From: Dehalococcoidia bacterium
Lineage (GTDB): Bacteria > Chloroflexota > Dehalococcoidia > UBA2979
Reading direction: 5' to 3'
Assembly: GCA_965262725.1 (NCBI GenBank)
Contig: OZ253555.1
Location: forward strand, 704,001-768,000
Length of the DNA: 64,000 bases
This document shows, in pieces, positions 27,836 to 37,997 of this stretch. The position numbers were made by a program, and so were the translations under genes. The notes under the pieces were generated by a model, which saw only the letters and a list, made by a program, of their open reading frames with translations, had not been told where the DNA came from and ran no database searches. Position 1 is the stretch's first letter, and every line of letters begins with the position of its first letter.

Positions 27836-28564
27836 CTACCGCGACCGTCGGAGAGAGAGATCGGCAACGACGCCGAAGTGATCTGAGAGCTCCCGCTCCT
27901 CGAGCATATTACTGATCACGTACACGTGCTCGACCGTCAGATCCTCGCTGAGCGCGATGTGGTCGATGCTCTTGCGGTCATTGTGGGTAACCGGACCGGT
28001 CGCGATCGTGATATCCGAGGAGAAGCACTCGCGGAGCGCCGACCTGGTCCTGGCCGGCGCTCGGCCGCCCGGACCGACGACCTGATTGAAGTCGCCCATC
28101 ACGATGAGGCGCTCTGAAGTCCCCCGCCTCAGGATCGCCGTGAGACCGGCCACGTACCGCTCGTGGTCCTCCCACCGCCGCTTGCGCCCCGGCCCGCGGC
28201 GCTCCTCGGTCCGCGACCCGAACCAGGGGATGCAGACCCCGATCACGGTGACGGGTCCCAGTGATGTCCGGGTGATGCCGGACACGTACCGCCCGGGCGG
28301 CATCGAGGTGAGGCCCGCGTCGTCGACGTGCTCCCACGGCTCCCGGGACCAGAGCATGACTTTCCGGCGGTGCTCCCGGATCGGGTAGCCGTAGTCGGGC
28401 CCTGAGCGGGCGACGCATCCGTCTGGAGCAAGCAGCTCGTCATGGGTCTCGGTGAGGCAGAGCACCTCGGGATCCCAGCCGGCAATGCGGCGCAGGATCT
28501 CCGGCGTTCGCCGCGATCTGGGAGTCGCCCACCTGACATTCCACGTCGCCACCCTCAGCTGCAC
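27836..28564 (-). CDS. endonuclease/exonuclease/phosphatase (EEP) family protein
   Basis: VATWNV, LCLTE, MGDFNQ, IDHI, SDHFGV; RBS GAAGGAG before GTG. Confidence 0.9.
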   Translation of the reverse strand: MQLRVATWNVRWATPRSRRTPEILRRIAGWDPEVLCLTETHDELLAPDGCVARSGPDYGYPIREHRRKVMLWSREPWEHVDDAGLTSMPPGRYVSGITRTSLGPVTVIGVCIPWFGSRTEERRGPGRKRRWEDHERYVAGLTAILRRGTSERLIVMGDFNQVVGPGGRAPARTRSALRECFSSDITIATGPVTHNDRKSIDHIALSEDLTVEHVYVISNMLEERELSDHFGVVADLSLRRSR

Positions 28565-29159
28565 GCTCGACTCCTTCGGGTGTGCGCCTTGAAGTTGAAG
28601 GACGGTGCAGGATGACCTGACCAGTCTGGAGACGTGCTCGTTGTCGCCAACCGGTGCAAGTCCGGTCCGGGTAACTATCAGGAGGCTCGGTAGCAGGTCG
28701 GCGGCTTGGTCTGGAAACGGACCGGGTCGGAGCCCGACGTCGAAAGCCCTTTCAGGGGAAGCAAACACACGGTCCGCAGCATAAAGCGAAGCCTGCCGCG
28801 TCGTAAGAGTCCCCGCCATTGGCGGGAAAGAGGAAGAGCCGAGCCCCGACCCTCAGGGCGAAGGCCATGGAAGAGATGAAGACCTGGAATCGCAATCTCG
28901 AAGAACTTCCCGGCGTAAGGGGCGTGGAACGTGTGGAAGGTGACAACGGGAACAAGGGAGGCCCTCCCCGGCCCGGTACCTGCGGAATGGTGTCGGAGTG
29001 AGGCGTCCTATAACCGGTGATGAGCCGGGAAGTGGGCGACCTGCCGGGAGGGAGTCGGAGGCGGCCATATTACCGACTGAGCCGAGCGGACAACAGAACC
29101 GCCGGTGAGGGAAGGGCCGCTACTTCGCCTGTGCGTGTTGCTTGGGGAAGGATCGGTGA

Positions 29160-32100
29160 GTGCCCGTGGAGGCTAGACCCGCCAAGGAAACGGTCCGAGA
29201 ACTACAGCGCACGCTCTACCGGGCGGCCAAGGCCGAGCCCGGACGACGTTTTCATGCGCTCTACGACAAGGTCCACCGCAGGGACGTTCTGGAGCGCGGG
29301 TGGGGGCAAGTGCGTCGCAATCGCGGCGCAGCCGGCATCGACGGCATCACCCTTGCCGAGGTCGAACGCTACGGCGTGGACCGACTGCTTGACGAACTGT
29401 CCGTGGAACTGAAGGCGGAGAGCTATCGCGTGCAGCCGAGCCGCCGGGTCTGGATTCCCAAGCCCGGACGGTCGGAGCGACGACCGCTCTCTATCCCGAC
29501 GGTCCACGACCGCATCGTACAGGCAGCGCTGAAGCTGGTGGCGGAGCCGGTCTTTGAGGCCGACTTTCTGCCGTGTAGCTTTGGCTTTCGCCCGAAGCGT
29601 GCGGCGCATGATGCCCTGCAAGTGCTCATTGATGAGACGTGGCGGGGTCGGCGATGGGTGGTGGAGACGGATATCGCCTCGTGTTTCGAGTCGATACCGC
29701 GTGCGTCCGGAAGTCGAAGGGGTGGTGACGTGATGACGTGACCGGTCCGGAGACATGCTCGTTGCTGCCAGCCGGTGAGAGTCCGGCACGGGTAACTGTC
29801 AGGAGGCCCGTTAGCAGGTCGGCGGCGTGGACGGGAAACGGTCTGCGTCGAAGCCCGACGTCAAGAGCCCTATGAGGGGGAGCAAACGTGCGGTCCGCAG
29901 CATGACGCGAAGTCTGCCGCGCCGTGAGACTCGCCTGTCTATTGACAGGACCAAGGAGGAGCCGAGCCCGGGTGGTCAGGGCGAAGGCCATGGACGAGGT
30001 GAAGATCCTGGAATGCAGCCTCAAGAAACCTCCCGGCGTATGGGACGTGGAACGTACGGAAGGTAGCGACGGGAACCGGAGAAGCCCTCCCCGGCCCGGC
30101 ACCCTGTGAGAGGGCGTCGGAGCGAGGCGTCCTATAACCGGTCAGAGCCGGGAAGTGGACAGCCAGCCGGAAGGGTGGCGGAGGGGGTCGTAGTACCGCT
30201 GGAGCCGGACGGACAACATAACCGCCGGTGATGGGAAGGACCCCTACTTTGTCCGTGCATGTTGCTGGGGGTGTGGACTGGTGAGTGCCCCTCGGGGCTA
30301 GCAACCACTTGGTAGGGTTCGAGGCTCTCCGCACATGCTGTACCGGCTGGCCAAGGCACGACCCACGTTGTGGGGAGCGCTGCATGCCATCTGGTGAAGG
30401 GCATCGGTGAGCCGGATGAGGGGTGCGCCAAGCTAACTGGTGTTTGGACAGGGGGTGAAAGTCCGCCGCGGTGAAGGGGCTAGCCACCCTACACCGCTCC
30501 CCGAGCCGTGCGTGGGTCGCTGCGAGGCGGCACGCGAAGCGTCGGTAGGGGTACATGTGGGCAAGGCTATAGAGCGCCGAAAGTGGCATCGTTCGGAGTG
30601 CCGAGGCTTTCTCGCAGGTCGAAGGCAACAGCGGCGGCGGCGTTTTTTTTTGGCGAGCCGTCGCCGTCTCCGCGGCGTCTAAGAACCATTGCACGCATGC
30701 ACGTCCATCACCGGGACTTGGGAGAGCTGCGCGCCGCCCCGGCGAGTCGTACGTCGGGGCCGCGTCGGGAAGGGAGGCAACCGTAGCCGATGATGAACGA
30801 CGCGCAGCAGTCTGATGGGGCCGTACGAGCGATGAAGGCGGCGAACAAAGGGGCGCGAGCCCTGGCGGAGTCGCTGGAGCAAAGGGCCCCAGCCGAGAGG
30901 AATCGGCGACGCTCCGGCACAGTCCGGTCTCAGAATCGGGGAGCTGTGTCACCCGGAGCGGAGCGGATACGGCAGCTCGCAGAGAAGAAGCCGGGAGAGA
31001 AACTCATCGCGCTCCTGCACCACATCACGCCGGAAACACTCAAGGAGGCGTACCACGCTTTGAAGCGGGACGCGGCTCCGGGCGTGGACGGGGTGACGTG
31101 GCGGGAGTACGGGGACGGGCTGGAAGAGCGACTGCTCGACCTGCACGGCCGCGTGCACCGGGGAGCGTATCGGGCGAAGCCCGTGCGGCGGGTAGAGATA
31201 CCAAAGCCGGACGGGGGCATACGACTGCTCGGTATCGTCACGCTGGAGGACAAGATCGTTCAGCGGGCAGTGGTGGACAATCTCTTGAATCCGATATTCG
31301 AGTCGGAGTTCTGCGGCTTCTCGTATGGCTTCAGGCCGGGGCGCTCGGCGCATGACGCGCTGGACGCCCTGGCCTACGCGGTCGAACGGCGCAAGGTCAG
31401 TTGGGTTGTCGAGGTGGACATCCGGCAGTTCTTCGACAGCATCGACCGGGAGCGGCTGATGTCGTTTCTGGAGATGCGCATCGGGGACCGGCGGGTGCTG
31501 CGCCTGATACGAAAGTGGCTGAACGCCGGCGTCATGGACGCGGAGACGGAAGTCGACTTTGTGCGGGGGACGCCGCAGGGAGCGCCGATATCGCCGCTGC
31601 TTGCGAACGTGTACCTGCATAACGTGCTCGACGACTGGTTCGCGCGTGTGTGGCGACCGCAGGAGGCCCAGGGCGAGGCGTACATCGTGCGGTATGCCGA
31701 TGACTTCATCCTGGGGTTTCAGCATCGCAGCGATGCGATGCGGTTCATGGAGGCACTCCGGGAGCGGTTCGCGGCCTACGGGCTAGAACTGCACCCGGAG
31801 AAAACCCGCCTGCTGTCGTTCGGTAGGTTCGCAGCGGCGAACAGGCGGCAGCATGGGGAGGGGCGACCGGAGACGTTCGACTTCCTCGGCATGACGCACT
31901 ACTGCCGGACGATGCAGAACGGGCGATTCGGGTTGGGGCGTAAGCCCTCAGCGAAGCGTATGCACCGCACGCTCAAGGCCATTAGGGCCGAGTTGCGGCG
32001 GCGCATGCACCACAACCCGGTGAGCGTGGCGCAGTGGCTAGCGCGGGTACTGCGTGGGTGGCTTGGCTACTACGCGGTGCCGACGAGTTATCGGTTCCTC

Positions 32101-33279
32101 CACCGCTTTGTGCAGACCTTGCTTCGCATGTGGTGGCAGGTCTTGCGGCGGCGGTCGCAACGGGACCGTTTCTCGTGGGAGCGCCTCGATGCCCTGTGCC
32201 GGGACTACTGGCCCCGAGTCTCCATCCTCCACCCGTGGCCAACGCAGCGATTTACCGTCAGGACTCAAGGCAGGAGCCGGATGCACTAGCGTGCATGTCC
32301 GGATCCGTGCGGGGGGTGCCGGGTAACCGGCATCCCTACCGCGAAAGAACCTCACGTCCGGTTCGATGTGGCAGGGGCTGGAGACGGACGCTGCTATGGC
32401 CGTGGAGTTGGGCACCACCGGGAAACCGGCTTGGAACTGATGCGCCACCGCCTACGGCTCGCACCGCGCCAGCCCCTGACCCTACACGACCGGTTGATGG
32501 AGGCGGTGGAGGAGCGGATATATGACCGGAAGCTCCTGAAGCTGGTGCGGGCGATGCTCCGTGCCGGGGTGATGGAGTCCGGGGCCGTGCGGCACAGCGT
32601 GACGGGTACGCCACAGGGCGGGGTAGTATCCCCGCTTCTGGCCAACGTCTATCTGCACCGGGTTGACCGGGAATGGGAGACGAGGGGCCGGGGAGTGCTG
32701 GTGCGATATGCCGACGACCTTGTGGTGCTCTGCGGAACGCAGCGGGAAGCGGATGCGGCGCTGGCGCTGCTCCGTGAGCTGGTCGCCGAGCTCGGACTGG
32801 AGCTGAAGGCGGAGAAGACCCGCATCGTGCACCTGGCGGAAGGAGGCGAGGGGCTGGAGTTCCTCGGCTTTGAACACCGGTGGGTACGGGCTAGGCGGGG
32901 TTCGAATCTCCGATTCCTTGCACGCTTTCCCTCGCGACGAGCGATGCAGCATGCACGTGACCGCATCCGTGAGATGACGGTGCGGTCACGGTTGGTGTTG
33001 AGCGTGGAGCGCATCGTGCAGGAGGTGAACCGCCTCCTGCGCGGCTGGGCGGGCTATTTTCGTTACGGGAACGTGGCGAAGTCGTTCCGCAAGCTCAGTG
33101 CGTACGCCGCGTTGCGGCTGGTGGTGTGGTGGGGTAAGCGTCGGCGCAGTCGGCAACGTCTGCGGTACGGCGTGTCATACCGCCATGCGACCCGCCTCGG
33201 TCTGCTCTCGCTCAGTGGATGGGTTGTCGCACCGCGGCCGAACCGGTCGTGGCGGGTGAAACCGAATGCCGTCCGGTGA
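29160..33279 (+). CDS. ltrA: outer intron RT/maturase, split: 29160-29700 joined to 32486-33279 (444 aa)
   Basis: Removing 29701-32485 restores FESIP|HDRLM in frame; GTPQGG, RYADD and X domain; no En domain. Confidence 0.85.
30423..32345 (+). mobile_element. group II intron 3 (inner, with intact ORF)
   Basis: 5' GTGCGC; DV GAGCCGGATGCACTAGCGTGCATGTCCGGATC; DVI ends CCCTACCGCGAA. Confidence 0.9.
30790..32289 (+). CDS. ltrA: group II intron reverse transcriptase/maturase
   Basis: APGVDG, IPKPDG, SYGFRPGR, GTPQG, RYADD; 499 aa. Confidence 0.95.
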   Translation: MMNDAQQSDGAVRAMKAANKGARALAESLEQRAPAERNRRRSGTVRSQNRGAVSPGAERIRQLAEKKPGEKLIALLHHITPETLKEAYHALKRDAAPGVDGVTWREYGDGLEERLLDLHGRVHRGAYRAKPVRRVEIPKPDGGIRLLGIVTLEDKIVQRAVVDNLLNPIFESEFCGFSYGFRPGRSAHDALDALAYAVERRKVSWVVEVDIRQFFDSIDRERLMSFLEMRIGDRRVLRLIRKWLNAGVMDAETEVDFVRGTPQGAPISPLLANVYLHNVLDDWFARVWRPQEAQGEAYIVRYADDFILGFQHRSDAMRFMEALRERFAAYGLELHPEKTRLLSFGRFAAANRRQHGEGRPETFDFLGMTHYCRTMQNGRFGLGRKPSAKRMHRTLKAIRAELRRRMHHNPVSVAQWLARVLRGWLGYYAVPTSYRFLHRFVQTLLRMWWQVLRRRSQRDRFSWERLDALCRDYWPRVSILHPWPTQRFTVRTQGRSRMH

Positions 33280-33751
33280 AGGGCGTCGGTAAGCCGGATG
33301 CGGGAGAACCGCCTGTCCGGTTTGACGGGGAGGAGCTGGAAACGGGCGATATGCCATGGCCGTGGGATTGGGCACCGCGGGGAAACCTGCTCGGAACAAG
33401 AGCGCCACCGGCCTACAGCGCGTACCGCGCCAGCTCCTCACCCTACTCGTCCGGAAGTCCGAAACGCGAGTCATGCCCTCGGCTCCCGGATACCGTCCCG
33501 AGTTCTCACGACAACGACCGACGCGCGGCGGGGCCGATCCCGACGGTTGGGGAAAGCCCCGCTTCCCCGGCATCGTCGCATCCTGCGCCACCGGCTGGCG
33601 GAGCCAGCGTTCGCTCGGCTCCTCGTCCCTGAGGGCATCTCTGCTTCGGCGTGTACGGCCGTGCGCGCCGCCCTCTGCGCTCAGGTGCCGGGAGCGCCGG
33701 GGTGCCGGCCGCCGGACAGCCGTGGGGGTGAGGCATGACAGAATGCGCGCC

Positions 33752-34102
33752 ATGGTCGCCACGCTCCCCATCACGACGCTGATTGCTCGTGCCCCGTGGC
33801 GCGAGGCGGTGACGTACCGCGAGACATGGCCCCACGAGTACGTCGTGGTCCGCCGCGACGGGCAGCAGGCGTTGCTCGCCGCCTTCTGTGCCCGCATCGC
33901 GCGCGGGGAGGGTGTCGAGTGCCGCTTCTTCGGGGAGACGCGGCGCTATCTCTTCCTCGGCGATCACAAGTACTGGACGATGACCGACTGCGCCGACATC
34001 GACGTCGACGCCGACGACTACGTCCTCAACCGCGCGCGGCTCTACCGCGACCGCCGCGACTTCGACTTTCGGCCGGGCGACCACGGCACGCGGGACGGGT
34101 AG
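33752..34102 (+). CDS. conserved hypothetical protein
   Basis: WREAVTYRETWPHEY...KYWTM...VLNRA; high GC3. Confidence 0.65.
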   Translation: MVATLPITTLIARAPWREAVTYRETWPHEYVVVRRDGQQALLAAFCARIARGEGVECRFFGETRRYLFLGDHKYWTMTDCADIDVDADDYVLNRARLYRDRRDFDFRPGDHGTRDG

Positions 34103-34109
34103 CCTTCCC

Positions 34110-35096
34110 GTGCCCGACGCCCACGACGCCGCCGCCGAACGGTTGGCCGTTCACTCGCTGTGGCACCACGAGGCACTCGACTTCACGCGATGGCTGGCCG
34201 CGAACCTCGGCGTGCTCGGCGACGCGATCGGGCTGCGGCTCGAGCTCCTGGAGCGCGAGCACGCGGTCGGCCAGCTCTGGCTCGACATCCTCGCGTGCGA
34301 CGCCGACGCAGACGTGAAGGTGGCGATCGAGAACCAGCTCGCGGCGGCCGACCTCTCGCACCTCGGCCAGCTCATCACCTATGCGACGGGGAGCGACGCC
34401 CCCACCGCCGTCTGGGTCGCGACGGCGTTCCGGCGCGAGCTCGCCGACGCGCTGGACCTCCTGAACGCCTGGACCCGCGACGACGTCCGCTTCTACGCCG
34501 TCCAGGTGGAGGTCGTGAGGCGCACCGGGGACGGCGATCCGGTGCCCCGGTTCCGCAGGGTCGTCTGGCCCGGCGGACGGGACGAGTCGCTCGTGCTGGC
34601 CGCCGCGGAGCCGTCGCCCGAGGCCCGGCGCTACCAGGAGTTCTTCGAGCCGTTGATCGCGGAACTGCTGCGGACGGGCTTCGCCGGGCGCGCCGTGCAG
34701 CACTTTGACCACACGGGGCGGTTCTTCCGCTCGCGCCTCGATCCCGGCATCGGCTACGCGGCGTCGTTCTGGAGGGGTGCCGCGTTTGTCGGGCTCCACA
34801 TCCGCATGGACGACACTGCCCACACCAAGCGCGTCTTCGACGCGCTGCACGCCGACCGGGCAGGCATCGAGGCCGACCTTCCCGCGCCAGGCGGGTCGGA
34901 GTGGTCGTGGCTGCGGCACGACGCCTACACGTTCTCCAGCATCAACCTCCGCCGCGACGGCGCGATCCACGACCCTCCGGACCGCCTCGCCGAGACGCGG
35001 GAGTGGATGCTCGACACGCTGCCGCGGCTTCGCGCCATCTTCGACCCGCGCCTCGCGGTGATCCTCGAAGGCGTCCGCGCGCCGAACGGTGAGTAG
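34110..35096 (+). CDS. NucS-like PD-(D/E)xK endonuclease with DUF4268 C-terminal domain
   Basis: E..DFTRWLAANL, DILA...VAIENQL, HLGQLITYA. Confidence 0.8.
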   Translation: MPDAHDAAAERLAVHSLWHHEALDFTRWLAANLGVLGDAIGLRLELLEREHAVGQLWLDILACDADADVKVAIENQLAAADLSHLGQLITYATGSDAPTAVWVATAFRRELADALDLLNAWTRDDVRFYAVQVEVVRRTGDGDPVPRFRRVVWPGGRDESLVLAAAEPSPEARRYQEFFEPLIAELLRTGFAGRAVQHFDHTGRFFRSRLDPGIGYAASFWRGAAFVGLHIRMDDTAHTKRVFDALHADRAGIEADLPAPGGSEWSWLRHDAYTFSSINLRRDGAIHDPPDRLAETREWMLDTLPRLRAIFDPRLAVILEGVRAPNGE

Positions 35097-35329
35097 CGCC
35101 GCGGGCGAGACGGCCGCCCGTGGCGGCAACGTCTCGTGGCTCTGCCACGCGACCAGGAGCGCACGCCCGCACCGCCTGAGTCGCTGCCGCGCCGGACCGC
35201 TCCGCCCGTTCGGGCTCCGCCCTCGCACGGCCCACACCCCGTCACCGATAGGCGGATTACGGTCACCGGCACGACCTGGGAGGTCCGTCCGCTGGTCGGT
35301 CGACTCATCCTCACCATTGAGGACGCGTG

Positions 35330-35634
35330 GCGTTCGCGCTCGATACCTCCCGAACGTCCTTTCTGCTCCGGCCAAACCGGAGACCGTGGACGCGCCGCGG
35401 CGACCCTCGACGCCGCGCGTAGCGGGGATCGTCCCGCCGGAGACGTGGAACCGATTCGGTCGGACGATTCTCCCGAAGCTCCAGGCGGGTGAGAATCTGC
35501 GTGTCGACATTCAGATGTTGGTGGATGCCGACGGTCAATCGATGGGAAGCCTGGAGGCGGACATCACGCGGGCGATCAGCGAATTGGCACTGAGCGATCG
35601 GCTTCGCGTTGAGCGCGAGGATCCCCGGACGTAG
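35330..35634 (+). pseudogene. C-terminal relic, probably of a DUF499 AAA+ ATPase
   Basis: GIVPPETWNRFGRTILPKL...LALSDRLRVE resembles the DUF499 protein tail (from memory). Confidence 0.5.
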
Positions 35635-35831
35635 AGGGGCGGGAACGACCCACCCGAGACACAGCTCCAGTGAGCGACGGCTGCCCGCGGTGATCGAGGC
35701 CCGCTCGCGCTACCCGGGCGGGTAGCCGGCGGCCACCGCAGCGACCGCTCGTCCGCCGCCGCTATCAGATGGTCGCGAGCCGGCCGGACACGGACCGTGC
35801 ATCGACGGCATCACTCGCGCCACCCGAAGTG

Positions 35832-36817
35832 TTACAGCCAGCGGTCGTGCTGCTGGGACAGTTGATCGCTCATTCCGATGTAGCCGAGGCGGAGCATGTC
35901 GTCGATCACGTCGAGCACGCGCCTTCGGAGACCGGGATCTCTGGTCTCCTCGTGCAACCGCACGACGAGCGGTACGAGATCGTAGGCTGGTGCGGCGTCT
36001 CGTGATGTGACGCCCCCGGCCCTCGACCCGTAGGCGTCGACCGCACGTTCAGCCAACTCACAAACCTCGAGGGGGAGCGGTTCATGGGACCGCTGCAAGG
36101 CGTGGGCAAGGCCCGCCACATCGGCGTCGAGACCGATCGATCGCACGTACGCACCGAGCAGCGATCCGCGCTTCGCCACGTCGTCCGGCTCCAGTACGTC
36201 CCAGCACTGAGCCGCGGCGTGGCGCACAGGCCGGCTCTCATCCCCAAAGAGAGCCTTCAGGCGCTCCTCGCACTCCGCGCCGGTCGTCGGGTCCGCAACG
36301 TTCTCGGCATAGACAATGGCAGCGCCGACTCGGGCGTTCTCACCGAGGCCGAGTACGAGATCGGCGTCCTCGCGTGCCTCCTCTACCCTGAGGCTCGCGA
36401 GCGTCATCTGTCTCGCGCCCGCCTCGAGAGTCGTCGGCTCTGAGCATGCAAGCGTCCTCAAGAGCGTCGGTCGGATTGCTAGGTAGTCGCGGTACATCGC
36501 GAAGTGGACGAACCTCTGCACGAGCCCGCTCCCAAGGATCGGTTCCGCTCCGTCGATCAACCGCTCGAAGCCAAGAAGAGCTTCCTCGCGATGGGTGTCC
36601 AGGATGGCGAGGAGGCACTCCACCGCCACCGACCGCACGGCGAGCACTGAATCGACAGTGAGCTTCTCGACCGTGGGCTTGAGGGCCGACCAGCGATTCC
36701 TGTCCGCAAAGAGCAGCGTGGCCAGCGACTGCGCGGCCCTTCCTCGGGCTGAGTTGATGGCCTGAGTGATCGGGGCCACCTCGCGATCACCGTTCTCATC
36801 GGCCAGCCAATCATCCT
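35832..36817 (-). pseudogene. C-terminal part of IS-disrupted Avs-like STAND gene
   Basis: EDDWL...AINSARGRAA...HEAT-like helices; continues 39208-42759 across the two IS. Confidence 0.8.
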
Positions 36818-36820
36818 CTA

Positions 36821-37994
36821 GTGTCCTGATTCGTAATAGCGACAGATAACGGGTATGGTGGCACAGCGGGGTTTTGCCCCATGGGGCAGACTCTGGAGTG
36901 TCATGAGCACCCGAATCGGACGGCCGACGGTCGCGATCGTCCTGAGCGACGAGGAGCGTGAGACGCTGGAGCGGTGGGCGCGCCGGCCGACATCGGCCCA
37001 GGCGCTGGCGCTGCGCTGTCGCATCGTCCTGGCAGCGGCCGAGGGGACATCGAATAAAGCGATCGCCGCGGCGCTCGATTGCCATCCGGTCACCGTCGGC
37101 AAGTGGCGCCGGCGCTTTGCGCAGGGGCGGCTCGATGGGCTACAGGATGAGCCGCGCCCCGGGGCGCCGCGCACGATCGCCGATGCACAGGTGGAAGCGG
37201 TGATCGTCACGACGCTGGAGGAGCAGCCTCCCAACGCGACGCACTGGTCGACCCGATCGATGGCAGCCGCGGTCGGGATGTCGCAGTCGGCGATCTTCAG
37301 GATCTGGCGCGCCTTCGGCCTGAAGCCGCACCTCGTGGAGAGCTTCAAGCTGTCGCCCGACCCGCAGTTCATCGACAAGGTGCGCGACGTGGCCGGGCTC
37401 TATCTCAACCCGCCCGACGCGGCGGTTGTGCTGTGCGTGGACGAGAAGACCCAGATCCAGGCACTCGACCGCACCGCGCCGACGGTGCCGATGATGCCCG
37501 GCGTCCCCGCCCGCCAGACGCACGACTACATCCGTCACGGCACGACGAACCTCTACGCGGCGCTCGATGTCGCCTCGGGATGCGTGATCACGGAGATGAC
37601 CCCCCGGCACCGGGCTCGGGAGTTCCAGCAGTTCCTCGCCCTCATCGACCAAAGCGTTCCCCGTGAGCTGGCGGTGCATGTCGTGCTCGACAACGTCTCC
37701 ACGCACCGCACGCCCGCCATCCAGCGCTGGCTCCAGCGCCATCCCCGCTTCACCTTCCATTTCACGCCGACCTACAGCTCCTGGATGAACCTCGTGGAGC
37801 GCTGGTTTGCAGAGCTCACCAGCAAGTGGCTCCGGCGCGGCACGCACCATAGCGTCCCTGATCTGATCCGCTCAGTGGAGATGTGGGTCGCCAGCTGGAA
37901 CGAGAATCCGAGGCCCTTCATCTGGCACAAGTCCGCGGACCAGATCCTTGACAACCTCGCCGGATATCTAGAGCGCATCCCTGAATCGGGACAC
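36821..37994 (+). mobile_element. IS630-family element
   Basis: IRs GTGTCCTGATTC / GAATCGGGACAC flanked by TA in CTAG. Confidence 0.92.
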
Positions 37995-37997
37995 TAG
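36903..37997 (+). CDS. IS630 transposase
   Basis: VDEKT, VLDN, SSWMNLVERWF. Confidence 0.95.
   Translation: MSTRIGRPTVAIVLSDEERETLERWARRPTSAQALALRCRIVLAAAEGTSNKAIAAALDCHPVTVGKWRRRFAQGRLDGLQDEPRPGAPRTIADAQVEAVIVTTLEEQPPNATHWSTRSMAAAVGMSQSAIFRIWRAFGLKPHLVESFKLSPDPQFIDKVRDVAGLYLNPPDAAVVLCVDEKTQIQALDRTAPTVPMMPGVPARQTHDYIRHGTTNLYAALDVASGCVITEMTPRHRAREFQQFLALIDQSVPRELAVHVVLDNVSTHRTPAIQRWLQRHPRFTFHFTPTYSSWMNLVERWFAELTSKWLRRGTHHSVPDLIRSVEMWVASWNENPRPFIWHKSADQILDNLAGYLERIPESGH

Larger units (their letters stand above)
29701..32485 (+). mobile_element. group II intron 2 (middle, ORF-less)
   Basis: 5' GTGCGT; RNA similar to intron 1; DIV holds only relic ORF ends; DV split by intron 3; ends CCCTAC. 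Confidence 0.88.
28582..33446 (+). mobile_element. group II intron 1 (outer, IIB-type)
   Basis: 5' GTGCGC; DV AAGCCGGATGCGGGAGAACCGCCTGTCCGGTTT at ~33291; long DVI ending CCCTAC. Confidence 0.9.

Noticed and set aside
27836-28819. 327-aa long form of the EEP ORF
   Set aside because: The extra N-terminus is antisense intron RNA; RBS and motifs place the start at 28564
30643-30651. T9 run after a GC-rich stretch as an intrinsic terminator
   Set aside because: It lies inside an intron domain I stem-loop; more likely a loop expansion or homopolymer error
29160-33279. Retron, DGR or defence-associated RT
   Set aside because: Both RTs are embedded in clear group II intron RNA with GTGCG starts, DV/DVI and maturase X domains
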